Shown here: in pieces, positions 1 to 8,419 of the stretch
Numbering within the stretch: the first letter of the stretch is position 1
Layout: every line of letters starts with the position of its first letter
Source: Pseudodesulfovibrio piezophilus C1TLV30
Lineage (GTDB): Bacteria; Desulfobacterota; Desulfovibrionia; Desulfovibrionales; Desulfovibrionaceae
Reading direction: 5' to 3'
Length of the DNA: 32,000 nt
NCBI RefSeq assembly: GCF_000341895.1
Contig: NC_020409.1
Location: 450,001 to 482,000, forward strand
The notes under the pieces: generated by a model
What the model was told of the DNA's origin: nothing
Seen by the model: the letters and a program-made list of their open reading frames with translations, nothing else
Databases searched by the model: none
Program-made: the position numbers and the translations under genes

Positions 1-101
1 GATCCGTTGTGGCCTTGTGTCTCATCCACAACTTGAGCCGGTGTACCACTCTCCGAGCGTATACCAACCTTTAATTCTGTGCTTATTTCGGGGATATTCA
101 T
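1..101 (-). CDS. hypothetical protein, 5' end only (gene runs off the left edge)
   Basis: Reverse-strand ATG at 101-99 is preceded by a strong SD (reverse complement of 102-116 reads CCAGGGAGGGAGACC). 33 codons (MNIPEISTELKVGIRSESGTPAQVVDETQGHNG) stay open to the window edge. It is absent from the ORF track because it is truncated. No family recognised. Confidence 0.4.
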   Translation of the reverse strand, partial: MNIPEISTELKVGIRSESGTPAQVVDETQGHNG

Positions 102-245
102 GGTCTCCCTCCCTGGTGTTACACGAATCATCCCAACCTGATTTGCCTCTTACGTTTATTTTATCGGCCGATCTGATGTTTTCTTTAGGTAAAAAATCTA
201 CTTGTTGAAAAAAGTGTGTTAAAGCATATGTATTCGCTAAATGAA

Positions 246-274
246 TTGACTGTTTTGGTAATTTTTACTATAAT
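246..274 (+). promoter_or_regulatory. sigma70-type promoter candidate for the DUF342-motA-motB-motB operon
   Basis: TTGACT (246-251), a 17-nt spacer, then TATAAT (269-274). Near-consensus -35, perfect -10 and optimal spacing, about 90 nt upstream of the ATG at 365. The region is AT-rich, so a chance match is possible. Confidence 0.4.
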
Positions 275-364
275 TTTTTTTGTAAAATATATAATTATTC
301 TAGGCTTTTGAAGTGTTATATGTGACTTGGGGTATGCGTCCTTTAAATATTACACAGAGGAATA

Positions 365-1486
365 ATGCCATTCTTACTTAAGCACCATTTTGATCCTGAT
401 TTAGATCTTCACCGCCTGAAGCCTCAGATGCAAGATGATGGCAGCGTTGATCACCATGAACTGAATTTTGTTCAAAATGTTGAGATTGGAATGGTCCTAG
501 CTGAGTGGTGGCTGATAGAGGATGCAAAGGTCGAGGAGCATGATTCTCGTTTTATCTATGATGATATGACATTCCCAGCGGGCAAAGGAACAGGGATTAA
601 GCGAAGCGATCCTAATAAGCTTTATGCAGCCGTAAATGGATGTGTCGGATATATTGATGGAAAGATTGTCGTAAAGGAAAGTCTTACTCTCCCTAATGAT
701 ATCGATTTTCATACTGGAAATATCAATTTTATTGGTAACCTGATCGTTGGGGGATCAATACGTTCCGGTTTTTCTGCGCATGGACGAGACATTACTGTAC
801 AGGGTCAAGTTGAAGCAGCTCACATAGAGGCATTGCGGGATCTTAATTGTCGAGGTGGTGTGAAAGGTGGAAAAGAAGCCTTCCTTGAAGCCGGAAGAAG
901 TATCAAAGTATCTTTTTGCGAATTTGGTACTTTAAAGGCTGGTGAGGATGTTTTGGTTAAGGGTGCATTAATGCATAGTGACGTCTACGCAGGGAATCGG
1001 TTGGCGGTGGGGGGGCGTCTTACTGGTGGCCATTACTACTGTCATGACTATATTTATGTAGGCGGCCAACTTGGTGGTGGATTGGGAACAGATACGGCGT
1101 TGGTTCTGGGGTACAATCCGACCTTACTCTATGCAGATGGAGAATATAATAAACGCATTAAGCTGTTAAACGAGAAAATCTCCAAGTATGAAGGTATTCT
1201 TCATAAATCAGCGGAGAAGGAAGAAATCATTGAAGACAAGCTTAAAGTGGCCCAAAAAGAATTGACACTGGTTAAAATGCTTAAACGTAAGCTCTGGGAA
1301 GGTATTCGTGGTACAGAACATATTGAGAAATGCAAAGTACTGGTTACTGGTGTTGTTAAGCCTGGTGTCGAAATAAGTATCGGATCTGCTTATTTAAAAG
1401 TGAATGATTTTTTGGAAGATGTTTATTTTTATTATGAAAATGATGAAGTCAAAATTGGCGCTGCTGCCAAAAAACTTAAAAGATAG
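365..1486 (+). CDS. DUF342 / FapA (flagellar assembly protein A)-like protein
   Basis: 373-aa ORF with GAGGA just upstream of the ATG. The centre has the repetitive G-x-[IV]-x-[IV]-x-G beta-helix-like pattern I associate with DUF342/FapA (GNINFIGNLIVGGSIRSGFSAHGRDITVQGQVEAAHIEA, GGVKGG, VGGRLTGG, VGGQLGGG). It is followed by a coiled-coil tail (KLLNEKISKYEGILHKSAEKEEIIEDKLKVAQKELTLVKMLKRK). The stop lies 3 nt before the motA ATG. Confidence 0.7.
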   Translation: MPFLLKHHFDPDLDLHRLKPQMQDDGSVDHHELNFVQNVEIGMVLAEWWLIEDAKVEEHDSRFIYDDMTFPAGKGTGIKRSDPNKLYAAVNGCVGYIDGKIVVKESLTLPNDIDFHTGNINFIGNLIVGGSIRSGFSAHGRDITVQGQVEAAHIEALRDLNCRGGVKGGKEAFLEAGRSIKVSFCEFGTLKAGEDVLVKGALMHSDVYAGNRLAVGGRLTGGHYYCHDYIYVGGQLGGGLGTDTALVLGYNPTLLYADGEYNKRIKLLNEKISKYEGILHKSAEKEEIIEDKLKVAQKELTLVKMLKRKLWEGIRGTEHIEKCKVLVTGVVKPGVEISIGSAYLKVNDFLEDVYFYYENDEVKIGAAAKKLKR

Positions 1487-1489
1487 CTT

Positions 1490-2245
1490 ATGGACATCGC
1501 AACTCTTATAGGATTGGTCGGCGCGTTTGGTTTGGTCGTTACGACAATTTTAATGGGAGGAAATGCTGCCGGATTTCTTGATATCCCATCCATTGTCGTT
1601 GTTATTGGTGGCACCTTTGCTGTTACTTTTGTCATGTTTCCGATGGGGACCGTCATAGGGACTATTAAAGTAGGCCTTAAGACTTTACTTTTTAAGTCAA
1701 GCGATCCTCAAGAAATCATTCGGCTCATAACATCTCTGGCAGATACTGCTCGCAAGGAAAGCCTTGTCGCTCTTGAAAAGGTCAGTATTGATGATGCCTT
1801 TTTGAAGAAAGGGGTCATGTTGGTCGTTGATGGGTCGAGTGAAGCGCTTGTCAGATCCGTTATGGAAATTGAATTAGAATTCATGAAACAAAGGCATAGA
1901 CAGGGGCAAGCAGTATTTAAGGGAATGGGGGCTATGGCACCAGCCTTTGGCATGATCGGTACTCTGATCGGTTTAGTTAATATGCTTTCAAATTTGTCTG
2001 ACCCTTCTTCCATCGGTCCAGCCATGGCTGTCGCCTTATTGACAACATTTTATGGAGCAGTCATGGCTAACTGTGTATTTCTGCCAATGGCGACCAAATT
2101 GGAGGAACGGTCTGCAGAGGATGCGTTATTCATGCAGATTATGGTTGAAGGGGTGTCCTCCTTGCAAAGGGGAGATCATCCATCGGTCGTAAAAGAAAAG
2201 CTTCAAGCATTTCTTTCTCCGGCTATGCGTGAAGAAACATCCTAA
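1490..2245 (+). CDS. motA: flagellar stator protein MotA/PomA
   Basis: 251 aa with four hydrophobic segments. C-terminal MotA/TolQ/ExbB channel signature (GMGAMAPAFGMIGTLIGLVNML ... GPAMAVALLTTFYGAVMANCVFLPMA). Followed directly by motB genes. Confidence 0.9.
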   Translation: MDIATLIGLVGAFGLVVTTILMGGNAAGFLDIPSIVVVIGGTFAVTFVMFPMGTVIGTIKVGLKTLLFKSSDPQEIIRLITSLADTARKESLVALEKVSIDDAFLKKGVMLVVDGSSEALVRSVMEIELEFMKQRHRQGQAVFKGMGAMAPAFGMIGTLIGLVNMLSNLSDPSSIGPAMAVALLTTFYGAVMANCVFLPMATKLEERSAEDALFMQIMVEGVSSLQRGDHPSVVKEKLQAFLSPAMREETS

Positions 2246-2271
2246 TATGTTCGTCGATTAGGTTTTTTATC

Positions 2272-3036
2272 ATGGCTGAAAAAGTAGTAGAAGAAGTTCA
2301 ACGCAAGCCCCCGGAAGAGCCTCCTGGAGATGAAGGGTTACCTGGATGGATGGCGACTTTTGCGGATATGGTGACACTTTTGTTGTGTTTTTTTGTGTTA
2401 CTTCTTTCTTTTGCCGAGCAAAGTGAGCAAAAGTATCGAGACGCCCTCGGATCTATTAAAGGGGCGTTTGGAGTAAAAGAATTACGAGCAGTTTCGGATG
2501 ATATGGCGTTGTTTAATACAAGTTCAACGACTAAAGAGCTTGCCTCTAAGATATCCCAGGATGAGAGATTATTGCTTGGGGTCATTATGCGGATCAAATC
2601 TCTCATGGAAGATGAAGATGTTTCCCTGAAAGAAGGAACTGGAGTTACTGCAGATAGAGATGGTGTCATATTCAGCGCGAATTCTTCTTCTCTTTTTGAT
2701 CCAGGATCGGCTCATTTGACGGGGAGTGCATATAAAATTTTAGATAATGTCATTAAAGTCCTCAAAGATTACAAGTTGAATTTGGTGGTCAGGGGGCACA
2801 CGGATGATAGACCGATATCCACTAAAAAATTCCCTTCAAATTGGGAACTTTCCGCCGCTAGAGCCGCAGTGGCCCTTGATTATATTGTCAATCGTGGGGG
2901 GATAGAGATTAGTCGTGCTAAAGCTGTTGGATATGCGGATACAAGACCAGCAGCTCCTAATGACTCTCCTCAAAACAGATTAAAAAATCAGCGTGTCGAA
3001 TTTTATCTTCATATGCCACAGCGCGATGCTTGGTAG
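2272..3036 (+). CDS. motB: flagellar stator protein MotB, copy 1 (OmpA-like peptidoglycan-binding C-terminus)
   Basis: Single N-terminal TM helix carrying the invariant Asp (WMATFADMVTLLLCFFVLLLSF). C-terminal OmpA/MotB domain (VRGHTDDRP, SNWELSAARAAVALDYIV, NQRVEFYL). Confidence 0.9.
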   Translation: MAEKVVEEVQRKPPEEPPGDEGLPGWMATFADMVTLLLCFFVLLLSFAEQSEQKYRDALGSIKGAFGVKELRAVSDDMALFNTSSTTKELASKISQDERLLLGVIMRIKSLMEDEDVSLKEGTGVTADRDGVIFSANSSSLFDPGSAHLTGSAYKILDNVIKVLKDYKLNLVVRGHTDDRPISTKKFPSNWELSAARAAVALDYIVNRGGIEISRAKAVGYADTRPAAPNDSPQNRLKNQRVEFYLHMPQRDAW

Positions 3037-3047
3037 GGGAATGCTGT

Positions 3048-3797
3048 ATGGCTGACGAACCTATCGAAGAACAATCAGGTGGAGTGAAATCCTCACCTCC
3101 TCCTCAGGAAGAAGGTATTCCTGCATGGATGGCGACATTTGCGGATATGGTTACTCTGTTATTATGTTTTTTTGTGCTGTTACTGTCATTTACAAATTCC
3201 GATGTCACTAATTTCAAAATGATGATGGGGTCTATTCAAGATGCTTTAGGAGTCCAACTTGAAGATAGCGCCGCACTTTCAACGCCGTATGCTGAGTCGA
3301 GTTTCAAAGAACGCAAAAGTGTAAAAGAGAACAGAGCAATTGTAGAACTTGGAGCGCGTTTGAAACAATTTATACGAGCAAAAGATCTCTCAAAGATGGC
3401 TCGAATCAGCAGTGATAAATCGGGTGTTATGCTTCGTTTTGATAATAGTGCCATGTTTGCCAAGGGGACAGTAACTCTTTCTCCTGCAGCTCAGCAGGCC
3501 TTGAAGATTGTTATAGATGGAATGAAGGATAAGGATTTTAATCTTGTCATTCGAGGCCATACTGATGGTGAGCAGCCAGAATCGACTTTATATTCTTCTA
3601 ACTGGGAGCTGTCAGCTGCGAGGGCTGCGACCTGTTTGCGATATATATTGGCCCATTCGGATATCTCTGCCAAGAGAATGAAAGCTGTCGGATATGCAAG
3701 TGCGAAACCTATTTTGCCGAGCACAACAGAAGCCAATAAAAGGACAAATAGAAGAGTAGAATTTTTTTATTTACCCCAAGGGCGTTCCAAATGGTAA
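3048..3797 (+). CDS. motB: flagellar stator protein MotB, copy 2 (paralogue)
   Basis: Same architecture as copy 1: an identical 22-aa TM/Asp segment (WMATFADMVTLLLCFFVLLLSF) and an OmpA-like domain (IRGHTDGEQP, SNWELSAARAATCLRYIL, NRRVEFFYL). I prefer the ATG at 3048, with AGGGGAA 8 nt upstream, over the TTG at 3030 used by the ORF track. Confidence 0.85.
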   Translation: MADEPIEEQSGGVKSSPPPQEEGIPAWMATFADMVTLLLCFFVLLLSFTNSDVTNFKMMMGSIQDALGVQLEDSAALSTPYAESSFKERKSVKENRAIVELGARLKQFIRAKDLSKMARISSDKSGVMLRFDNSAMFAKGTVTLSPAAQQALKIVIDGMKDKDFNLVIRGHTDGEQPESTLYSSNWELSAARAATCLRYILAHSDISAKRMKAVGYASAKPILPSTTEANKRTNRRVEFFYLPQGRSKW

Positions 3798-3830
3798 TAT
3801 TTATATGTGTGTTGTTGAAAAAGGGTATTC

Positions 3831-6431
3831 TTACTGAATATCAATATGGTGTGTTGTTAAGCGTTTAAGAGCTGCCGCGAGTTGTTCGAAAGAAACTGGT
3901 TTGGATATATAGTCGTTCATTCCCACTCGTAAAAAATTTTCTCTATCCTCTGGCATTGCGTGGGCAGTTAAAGCAACTATGGGAATGGTTGAGACGTCAG
4001 CAAGTTTCTTGTCATTTCTAATCATTTTCGTTGCTTCTATCCCATCCATTATGGGCATTTGAATATCCATAAAAATGCAGTCAAATTGCGCTTGAACAAG
4101 TGTTGCTAATGCTTTTTTCCCATCTCCGACGCAAGTTGCTTGATGTCCAATTTTTTCGAGCATTCTGCTTATGGCTATCTGGTTGACCCTGTCATCTTCG
4201 ACAACAAGAATGGATAATTTTCGGGTTGTCGCAATCTCTTCTTCCTCTTCTTCAACTTGTGTCTTTTGGTCATGACTGGGAAGGGCAAGCTGAAGACTGA
4301 CGTACATAGTTGTCCCTTCTCCTGATTCACTGTCAACGGTAATCGAACCATTCATATAGTCGACAAGACTTCTTACAATGCCCAAGCCCAATCCGGTGCC
4401 TTGATAGCGACGTGTATAAGTACCATCCACTTGTGTAAAAGATTCAAAAACATAGGCAATTTTTTCTGAAGGAATGCCAATACCACTATCGGAAATCATG
4501 AAGAGCACATCAATCATGCCTTGAGTGCGTTGTATAGGGAGAACTTGAGCATGAATATGAATACTTCCCTCATCTGTAAATTTAACGGAGTTACCAACAA
4601 GATTGAAGAGTATCTGTCTGATACGTATCTCGTCCCCTATAAGGTACTCTGGAACATCTGATTCTACTTTCATTGATAAGCTGATTTTCTTCGATTCCGA
4701 TGAGTGCTTGAAGAATTTAAATATCGTTTCCATGACATCATGGATAGAGAAGAGTTGGGGATGCAATGCAAGTCTTCCAGCCTCAATTTGAGCAATATTT
4801 AATATGTCATTAATTACATTGAGAAGTACCTTGCTGGAACTGATAGCTGTTTCAATGTAATCAGCCTGTTCTTTGTTGAGAGAAGTCCTTCTGGAGAGCT
4901 GAAGCATACCTAAGATACCATTGAGTGGAGTACGTAATTCATGACTCATGTTTGTAAGGAATTCCGTCTTTGCTTGACTGGCTGTTTCTGCATCCATTTT
5001 AGCGGAAACCAGTGCAGTCTGAATAGCTTTACGTTCTGTTATATCTTCTGCCACTCCAACAATTCTGACTCGTACTCCCTCATCATCATAAACAGGAAAA
5101 GATTGTGCCCTGATCCAACGTGTTTTCCCATCCGGTAAAAGAATCCTGAATTCTTCATCAAGGATCCTGCCTTCCGAGCGCAATGAATTGAATGCTTCAA
5201 TAACTTTAAGTCTATCTTCTACATCAATAGCTAGGAAGAATGATTCAGGGTCATCGTAGAGAGATTCTCTTGGTCTACCCCAAATAATTTCATAGGATGG
5301 GCTGACGTAGACAATACGATTGTCAGCAATGTCATTGATCCAATAGGCTTCATGGATATTTTCTACCAACTGTCTAAATCGCTCTTCATTTTCTTTGATT
5401 TCCTGTTCTCTCAAATTGACCTGCTTCACCATTTCATCAAATTCCTGTTCAATGATGGCAAGTTCTGAAAAGCTGTCTTGTTCAAAGTTCGGTTTGCGAT
5501 ACTGCCCCTGAGCTGTCAGTTCAATAGATTCTGTAAAGTGTGCTAATGGCTTGATAATGCTCTCGCGCAATCTATATCGAAGGTAGTGCGCAAACATAAA
5601 GAAGAGGCACAGGATAATCGTAAGAAGAGCGAGCAAAGGAGACAAGATAGGGAGGAAGACTTCTTGAATTGGCTTTGATATCAAAAGGAGCCAGCTGGTT
5701 TGATTGATTTGAGACACAGTTCCTAAATAATATGTATCATCGTCTTGATAGATAGAAGTCAAATGTGAGCCGGATTCAAAATCTTTGAGAATACTGAGAT
5801 TACCTATATTATCTTGAATGATAACCCTTTTGAAGTCTGGGTGAGAAATAAGATTACCATAATGGTCGCAAAGAATGAGGCTGCCTTCTCCTTCAGGTAA
5901 TAGATTTTCGAGATGCTTTTGAAGGGAAGAGAGGCTTAGCTCTCCAATGAGTATGTTTCCATTTTGTAATTGAATACCAACGTAAACGACGAGATTCTGA
6001 GTAGCTGGAGAGGGGGTGGGCTCGGAAATGATAGTTGGTTTTAGTGAGACTTTATCGATAAAATTTTCCATGGAAATGAGTTCGCTGGCCTGTGGTGAGG
6101 TAGCGAGGATCTTTCCTTTTGCGTCCAGGTAAACCAAACGTTCAAAATGTGGATAGGCTTGAAGAAAATTACTGAGTACCCAGTGAAACCAAAAGGGGTC
6201 ATAACGAGTAATGCTTGTCGAAAGAGAAGCCAATGCCACCTTGGCATCATTGAGGTGTGCGGTAATGTGTTTGCTTAAAGATTGAGTAAGGATAGTATTT
6301 TTAATCTCAAAATCGTGACTTTTTTCATACGCGGCATAGGCGCCTAAAGAAAGTATGAGACAAATACTTGGTATGAGCATCCAGTTTGTTAGATTGCGTT
6401 GAACAAGATGTCGCAAAGAGAGTGCTGCCAT
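3831..6431 (-). CDS. hybrid sensor histidine kinase (periplasmic Cache-like domain, PAS, HisKA, HATPase, receiver)
   Basis: 866 aa. Two TM segments (WMLIPSICLILSLGAYAAY and LSPLLALLTIILCLFFMFA) flank a ~250-aa extracytoplasmic region. A PAS-like block follows (RFRQLVENIHEAYWI ... VGVAEDITERK). H-box SHELRTPLNG, N box NLVGNSVKFT, G boxes DSGIGI and GTGLGLGIV. C-terminal receiver (ILVVEDD ... FMDIQMPIMDG ... ISKP). No HPt domain seen. Confidence 0.9.
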   Translation of the reverse strand: MAALSLRHLVQRNLTNWMLIPSICLILSLGAYAAYEKSHDFEIKNTILTQSLSKHITAHLNDAKVALASLSTSITRYDPFWFHWVLSNFLQAYPHFERLVYLDAKGKILATSPQASELISMENFIDKVSLKPTIISEPTPSPATQNLVVYVGIQLQNGNILIGELSLSSLQKHLENLLPEGEGSLILCDHYGNLISHPDFKRVIIQDNIGNLSILKDFESGSHLTSIYQDDDTYYLGTVSQINQTSWLLLISKPIQEVFLPILSPLLALLTIILCLFFMFAHYLRYRLRESIIKPLAHFTESIELTAQGQYRKPNFEQDSFSELAIIEQEFDEMVKQVNLREQEIKENEERFRQLVENIHEAYWINDIADNRIVYVSPSYEIIWGRPRESLYDDPESFFLAIDVEDRLKVIEAFNSLRSEGRILDEEFRILLPDGKTRWIRAQSFPVYDDEGVRVRIVGVAEDITERKAIQTALVSAKMDAETASQAKTEFLTNMSHELRTPLNGILGMLQLSRRTSLNKEQADYIETAISSSKVLLNVINDILNIAQIEAGRLALHPQLFSIHDVMETIFKFFKHSSESKKISLSMKVESDVPEYLIGDEIRIRQILFNLVGNSVKFTDEGSIHIHAQVLPIQRTQGMIDVLFMISDSGIGIPSEKIAYVFESFTQVDGTYTRRYQGTGLGLGIVRSLVDYMNGSITVDSESGEGTTMYVSLQLALPSHDQKTQVEEEEEEIATTRKLSILVVEDDRVNQIAISRMLEKIGHQATCVGDGKKALATLVQAQFDCIFMDIQMPIMDGIEATKMIRNDKKLADVSTIPIVALTAHAMPEDRENFLRVGMNDYISKPVSFEQLAAALKRLTTHHIDIQ

Positions 6432-6471
6432 TATATCATCCGTCTGAATTAGAAGTAATTTATTTTACAAT

Positions 6472-7605
6472 TTATCTCATCTCTATGGTCCTGAATTCTC
6501 CGTTTCTTATGGTGACAATAAAAGTTTGGCGCTCAACATCACCGAATTCGTTGAGTTTAAACGGTCCAATGACACCATTAATGAGATGACTTGGAGCGAG
6601 AGCCTTTTCCAAACCTTTCAGATCTCCTCCGGTCTTTCTGAGTCCGGCAGCGAGAGTCAAGATCGCTTCATAGCTAAATGCAGACGCAAAGTTAGGGGGA
6701 TAGCCAAAACGGTTCTTGTAAAATTCACGGAATTTAATATATTCGGGATTTGGATTATCAGCGGCAAAATCAATCACGAAAACCATACCTTCTGTATACT
6801 GCCCCCCCCACTTTAGAAGTTTTTCAGTATACGCCCATGCTCCAGAGATAATTTGTGTTTTTATGCCAGCATTCCGCACGCGTTGAACAAAAGATACTGC
6901 ATCTTGAGCAGGGCATGTTAGGAGTATCGCATCAGGCTTGAGAGCGATAAGTGTGTCTATGATTGGATTCCAGTCTATGGGACTACTTGTTGAATATGTT
7001 CTATTGTCAAGAATTTGTCCTCCTGCTTTTTCAAATTCACGGACAAACCCATCTCTGAATGAATAGCTGTAACTTTGGTTATCAGACTCTGAAATTGTTA
7101 AAACAGTATCAACATCCAGAGCGAACCTTGAATAAGTTGCGAGTTCTTTACTTTGAATTGGATTTTCAACCATTGTTCGGAAAAAACGATCAGTCTTCCC
7201 TGTCAATTTTGGAGTTGATGTTGTTGGAGAGACTAGAATGATTCCTTTTTCGCTGATCAGAGGCATTACAGCTATAGTCTGCGTGCTGGTCATGTGCCCA
7301 ATAATGGCTATTGCTCCGGCTTCAATGAGTTCTTTATCGGCTTCAATGGCACCTTCTGCTGTATTTTGATCATCAGCCGAGATCAATTTAAGGGAACGTC
7401 CGTTAATACCTCCGTTGGCATTAATTTTTTCAATCGCCAGAATTGCTCCGTTCCTTCCATGTACACCTAAATCGGACATCTTTCCCGTCAATTGGCCTGA
7501 AAAACCTATTATTATCGGTGAGGAGTCTCCACATCCTATTGAGATTAAGATGAGGAAGAGACCAATAAGGCTTAATCCACCATGTATGAAAGCTTTTATA
7601 TCCAT
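6472..7605 (-). CDS. periplasmic ligand-binding protein, LivK / branched-chain amino-acid ABC substrate-binding family (probable lipoprotein)
   Basis: 377 aa. Signal peptide with a lipobox-like ISIGC (Cys25). Type-1 PBP pattern (IIIGFSGQLTG ... GRNGAILAIEKINANGGINGR ... IIGHMTS ... VSPTTS). Ends 40 nt upstream of the kinase gene on the same strand. No ABC permease or ATPase genes are adjacent. Confidence 0.85.
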   Translation of the reverse strand: MDIKAFIHGGLSLIGLFLILISIGCGDSSPIIIGFSGQLTGKMSDLGVHGRNGAILAIEKINANGGINGRSLKLISADDQNTAEGAIEADKELIEAGAIAIIGHMTSTQTIAVMPLISEKGIILVSPTTSTPKLTGKTDRFFRTMVENPIQSKELATYSRFALDVDTVLTISESDNQSYSYSFRDGFVREFEKAGGQILDNRTYSTSSPIDWNPIIDTLIALKPDAILLTCPAQDAVSFVQRVRNAGIKTQIISGAWAYTEKLLKWGGQYTEGMVFVIDFAADNPNPEYIKFREFYKNRFGYPPNFASAFSYEAILTLAAGLRKTGGDLKGLEKALAPSHLINGVIGPFKLNEFGDVERQTFIVTIRNGEFRTIEMR

Positions 7606-7800
7606 ATCAGTTCCATCAATTCATGGGTATAATGAACAATACTAAAACAGTACCTTAAGAGATGTTTAAGAGCAATGAGAGAGATTCTTTTCATATACTC
7701 ATCATGAATGCTCTCTGAGGATATTGATAATATAGTTTTTAAAATTGGAATGTTATTAGAAAGGGAGAATTGGAGTTTTGTCTTTTTTATAAATGTTAGC

Positions 7801-7831
7801 AAAAATAAAAAAACCGCCTTAGAGGCGGTTT
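7801..7831 (-). terminator. rho-independent terminator downstream of ssrA
   Basis: 9-bp stem AAACCGCCT / AGGCGGTTT (7811-7819 / 7823-7831) with a 3-nt loop. On the minus-strand transcript it is followed by a U-tract (the A-run at 7801-7813 on the + strand). Confidence 0.7.
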
Positions 7832-7843
7832 ATTTATCAGGTT

Positions 7844-8228
7844 TGGTGGAGGCGGCGGGAATTGAACCCGCGTCCGAGAACGATCAACACAAGGCTTCTA
7901 CAGGTTTAGGCTCGATTTCAAGTTTCACTCAGAGGATTGCCACGAACCAAGCGGCCTCTGAGCTAGTCCTCCTATTATTTCATGATTTGGCCGAAGAAAC
8001 CCACCCAAATCACTAGCCTTATATTTTGACGATTCTTTCTGCTCATAAGGCGTCGGCAGAAGAATCGTGACAAGCTATGTTGTCAGGTGCAACTCTGCAA
8101 TTAAGCAGCCATTGCGTATTCGTAATTGTCGTTTGCAATTATCTTTTGGTCGATTTTTACGAGGCCATCGACCAACCTCGACCTGCAACCTCGGCTTCAA
8201 CTATCCCCGTCGAAACCAGTGCGCCCCC
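7844..8228 (-). ncRNA. ssrA: tmRNA (SsrA)
   Basis: The reverse complement starts GGGGGCGCACTGGTTTCGACGGGGATAG and ends GGACGCGGGTTCAATTCCCGCCGCCTCCACCA, the canonical tRNA-Ala-like ends. The internal tag ORF on the minus strand at 8136-8101 is GCA AAC GAC AAT TAC GAA TAC GCA ATG GCT GCT TAA = ANDNYEYAMAA*, preceded by AUAAUU. Confidence 0.93.
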
Positions 8229-8253
8229 TTTCAAAGAACAATCCGGTAGAACC

Positions 8254-8281
8254 TATATATGGCTGGTACTTCATTTGGCAA
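8254..8281 (-). promoter_or_regulatory. possible sigma70 promoter for ssrA precursor
   Basis: The minus strand reads TTGCCA (8281-8276), a 16-nt spacer, then TATATA (8259-8254). That is about 25 nt upstream of the mature tmRNA 5' end and consistent with a processed precursor. Weak evidence only. Confidence 0.3.
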
Positions 8282-8370
8282 CCATTTTTTGAGTTTATAT
8301 TGTATGGCTAACCTCACGGTTATCGGAAAAGGCAAAATGAGATGAAGTTAAAGCAAAGAGAGTTGTTGTT

Positions 8371-8410
8371 AAAAGAAAAGGTCTTCATAACCTTTAAATT
8401 ATGAAGACCC
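8371..8410 (-). terminator. rho-independent terminator downstream of tRNA-Met
   Basis: Perfect stem GGTCTTCATAA / TTATGAAGACC (8380-8390 / 8399-8409). On the minus-strand RNA it is followed by UUUUCUUUU (the + strand reads AAAAGAAAA at 8371-8379). Confidence 0.65.
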
Positions 8411-8419
8411 TTAATTTGC

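Noticed and set aside
150-176. GCCGATCT resembling a sigma28 (FliA) -10 element upstream of the motility operon
   Set aside because: The expected TAAA -35 element 15 nt upstream is absent (the sequence there is CTTA). The site is about 190 nt from the ATG. A near-consensus sigma70 promoter at 246-274 fits better.
17-208. 63-aa + strand ORF at the left edge
   Set aside because: It has a GTG start, no SD and low-complexity Pro/Ser/Leu content. It overlaps the better-supported minus-strand gene start at 101 with its strong SD and the promoter region. Probably spurious.
497-6250. Many 60-125-aa ORFs antisense to or out of frame with fapA-like, motA, motB and the kinase (e.g. 497-712, 1432-1656, 1708-2025, 2298-2669, 3236-3463, 3491-3736, 4603-4791, 4941-5138, 6041-6250)
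   Set aside because: All are fully embedded in longer ORFs with clear family motifs. They have no SD and odd composition. These are shadow ORFs.
7677-7716. Imperfect inverted repeat GAGAGAGATTC ... GAATGCTCTCT upstream of the binding-protein gene
   Set aside because: The arms align only with a 1-nt gap and are purine/pyrimidine low-complexity. That is not enough to call an operator.
7708-8311. ORFs 7708-8016, 8067-8249, 8077-8292 and 8126-8311
   Set aside because: They overlap the tmRNA gene on the opposite strand. The region is explained by ssrA.
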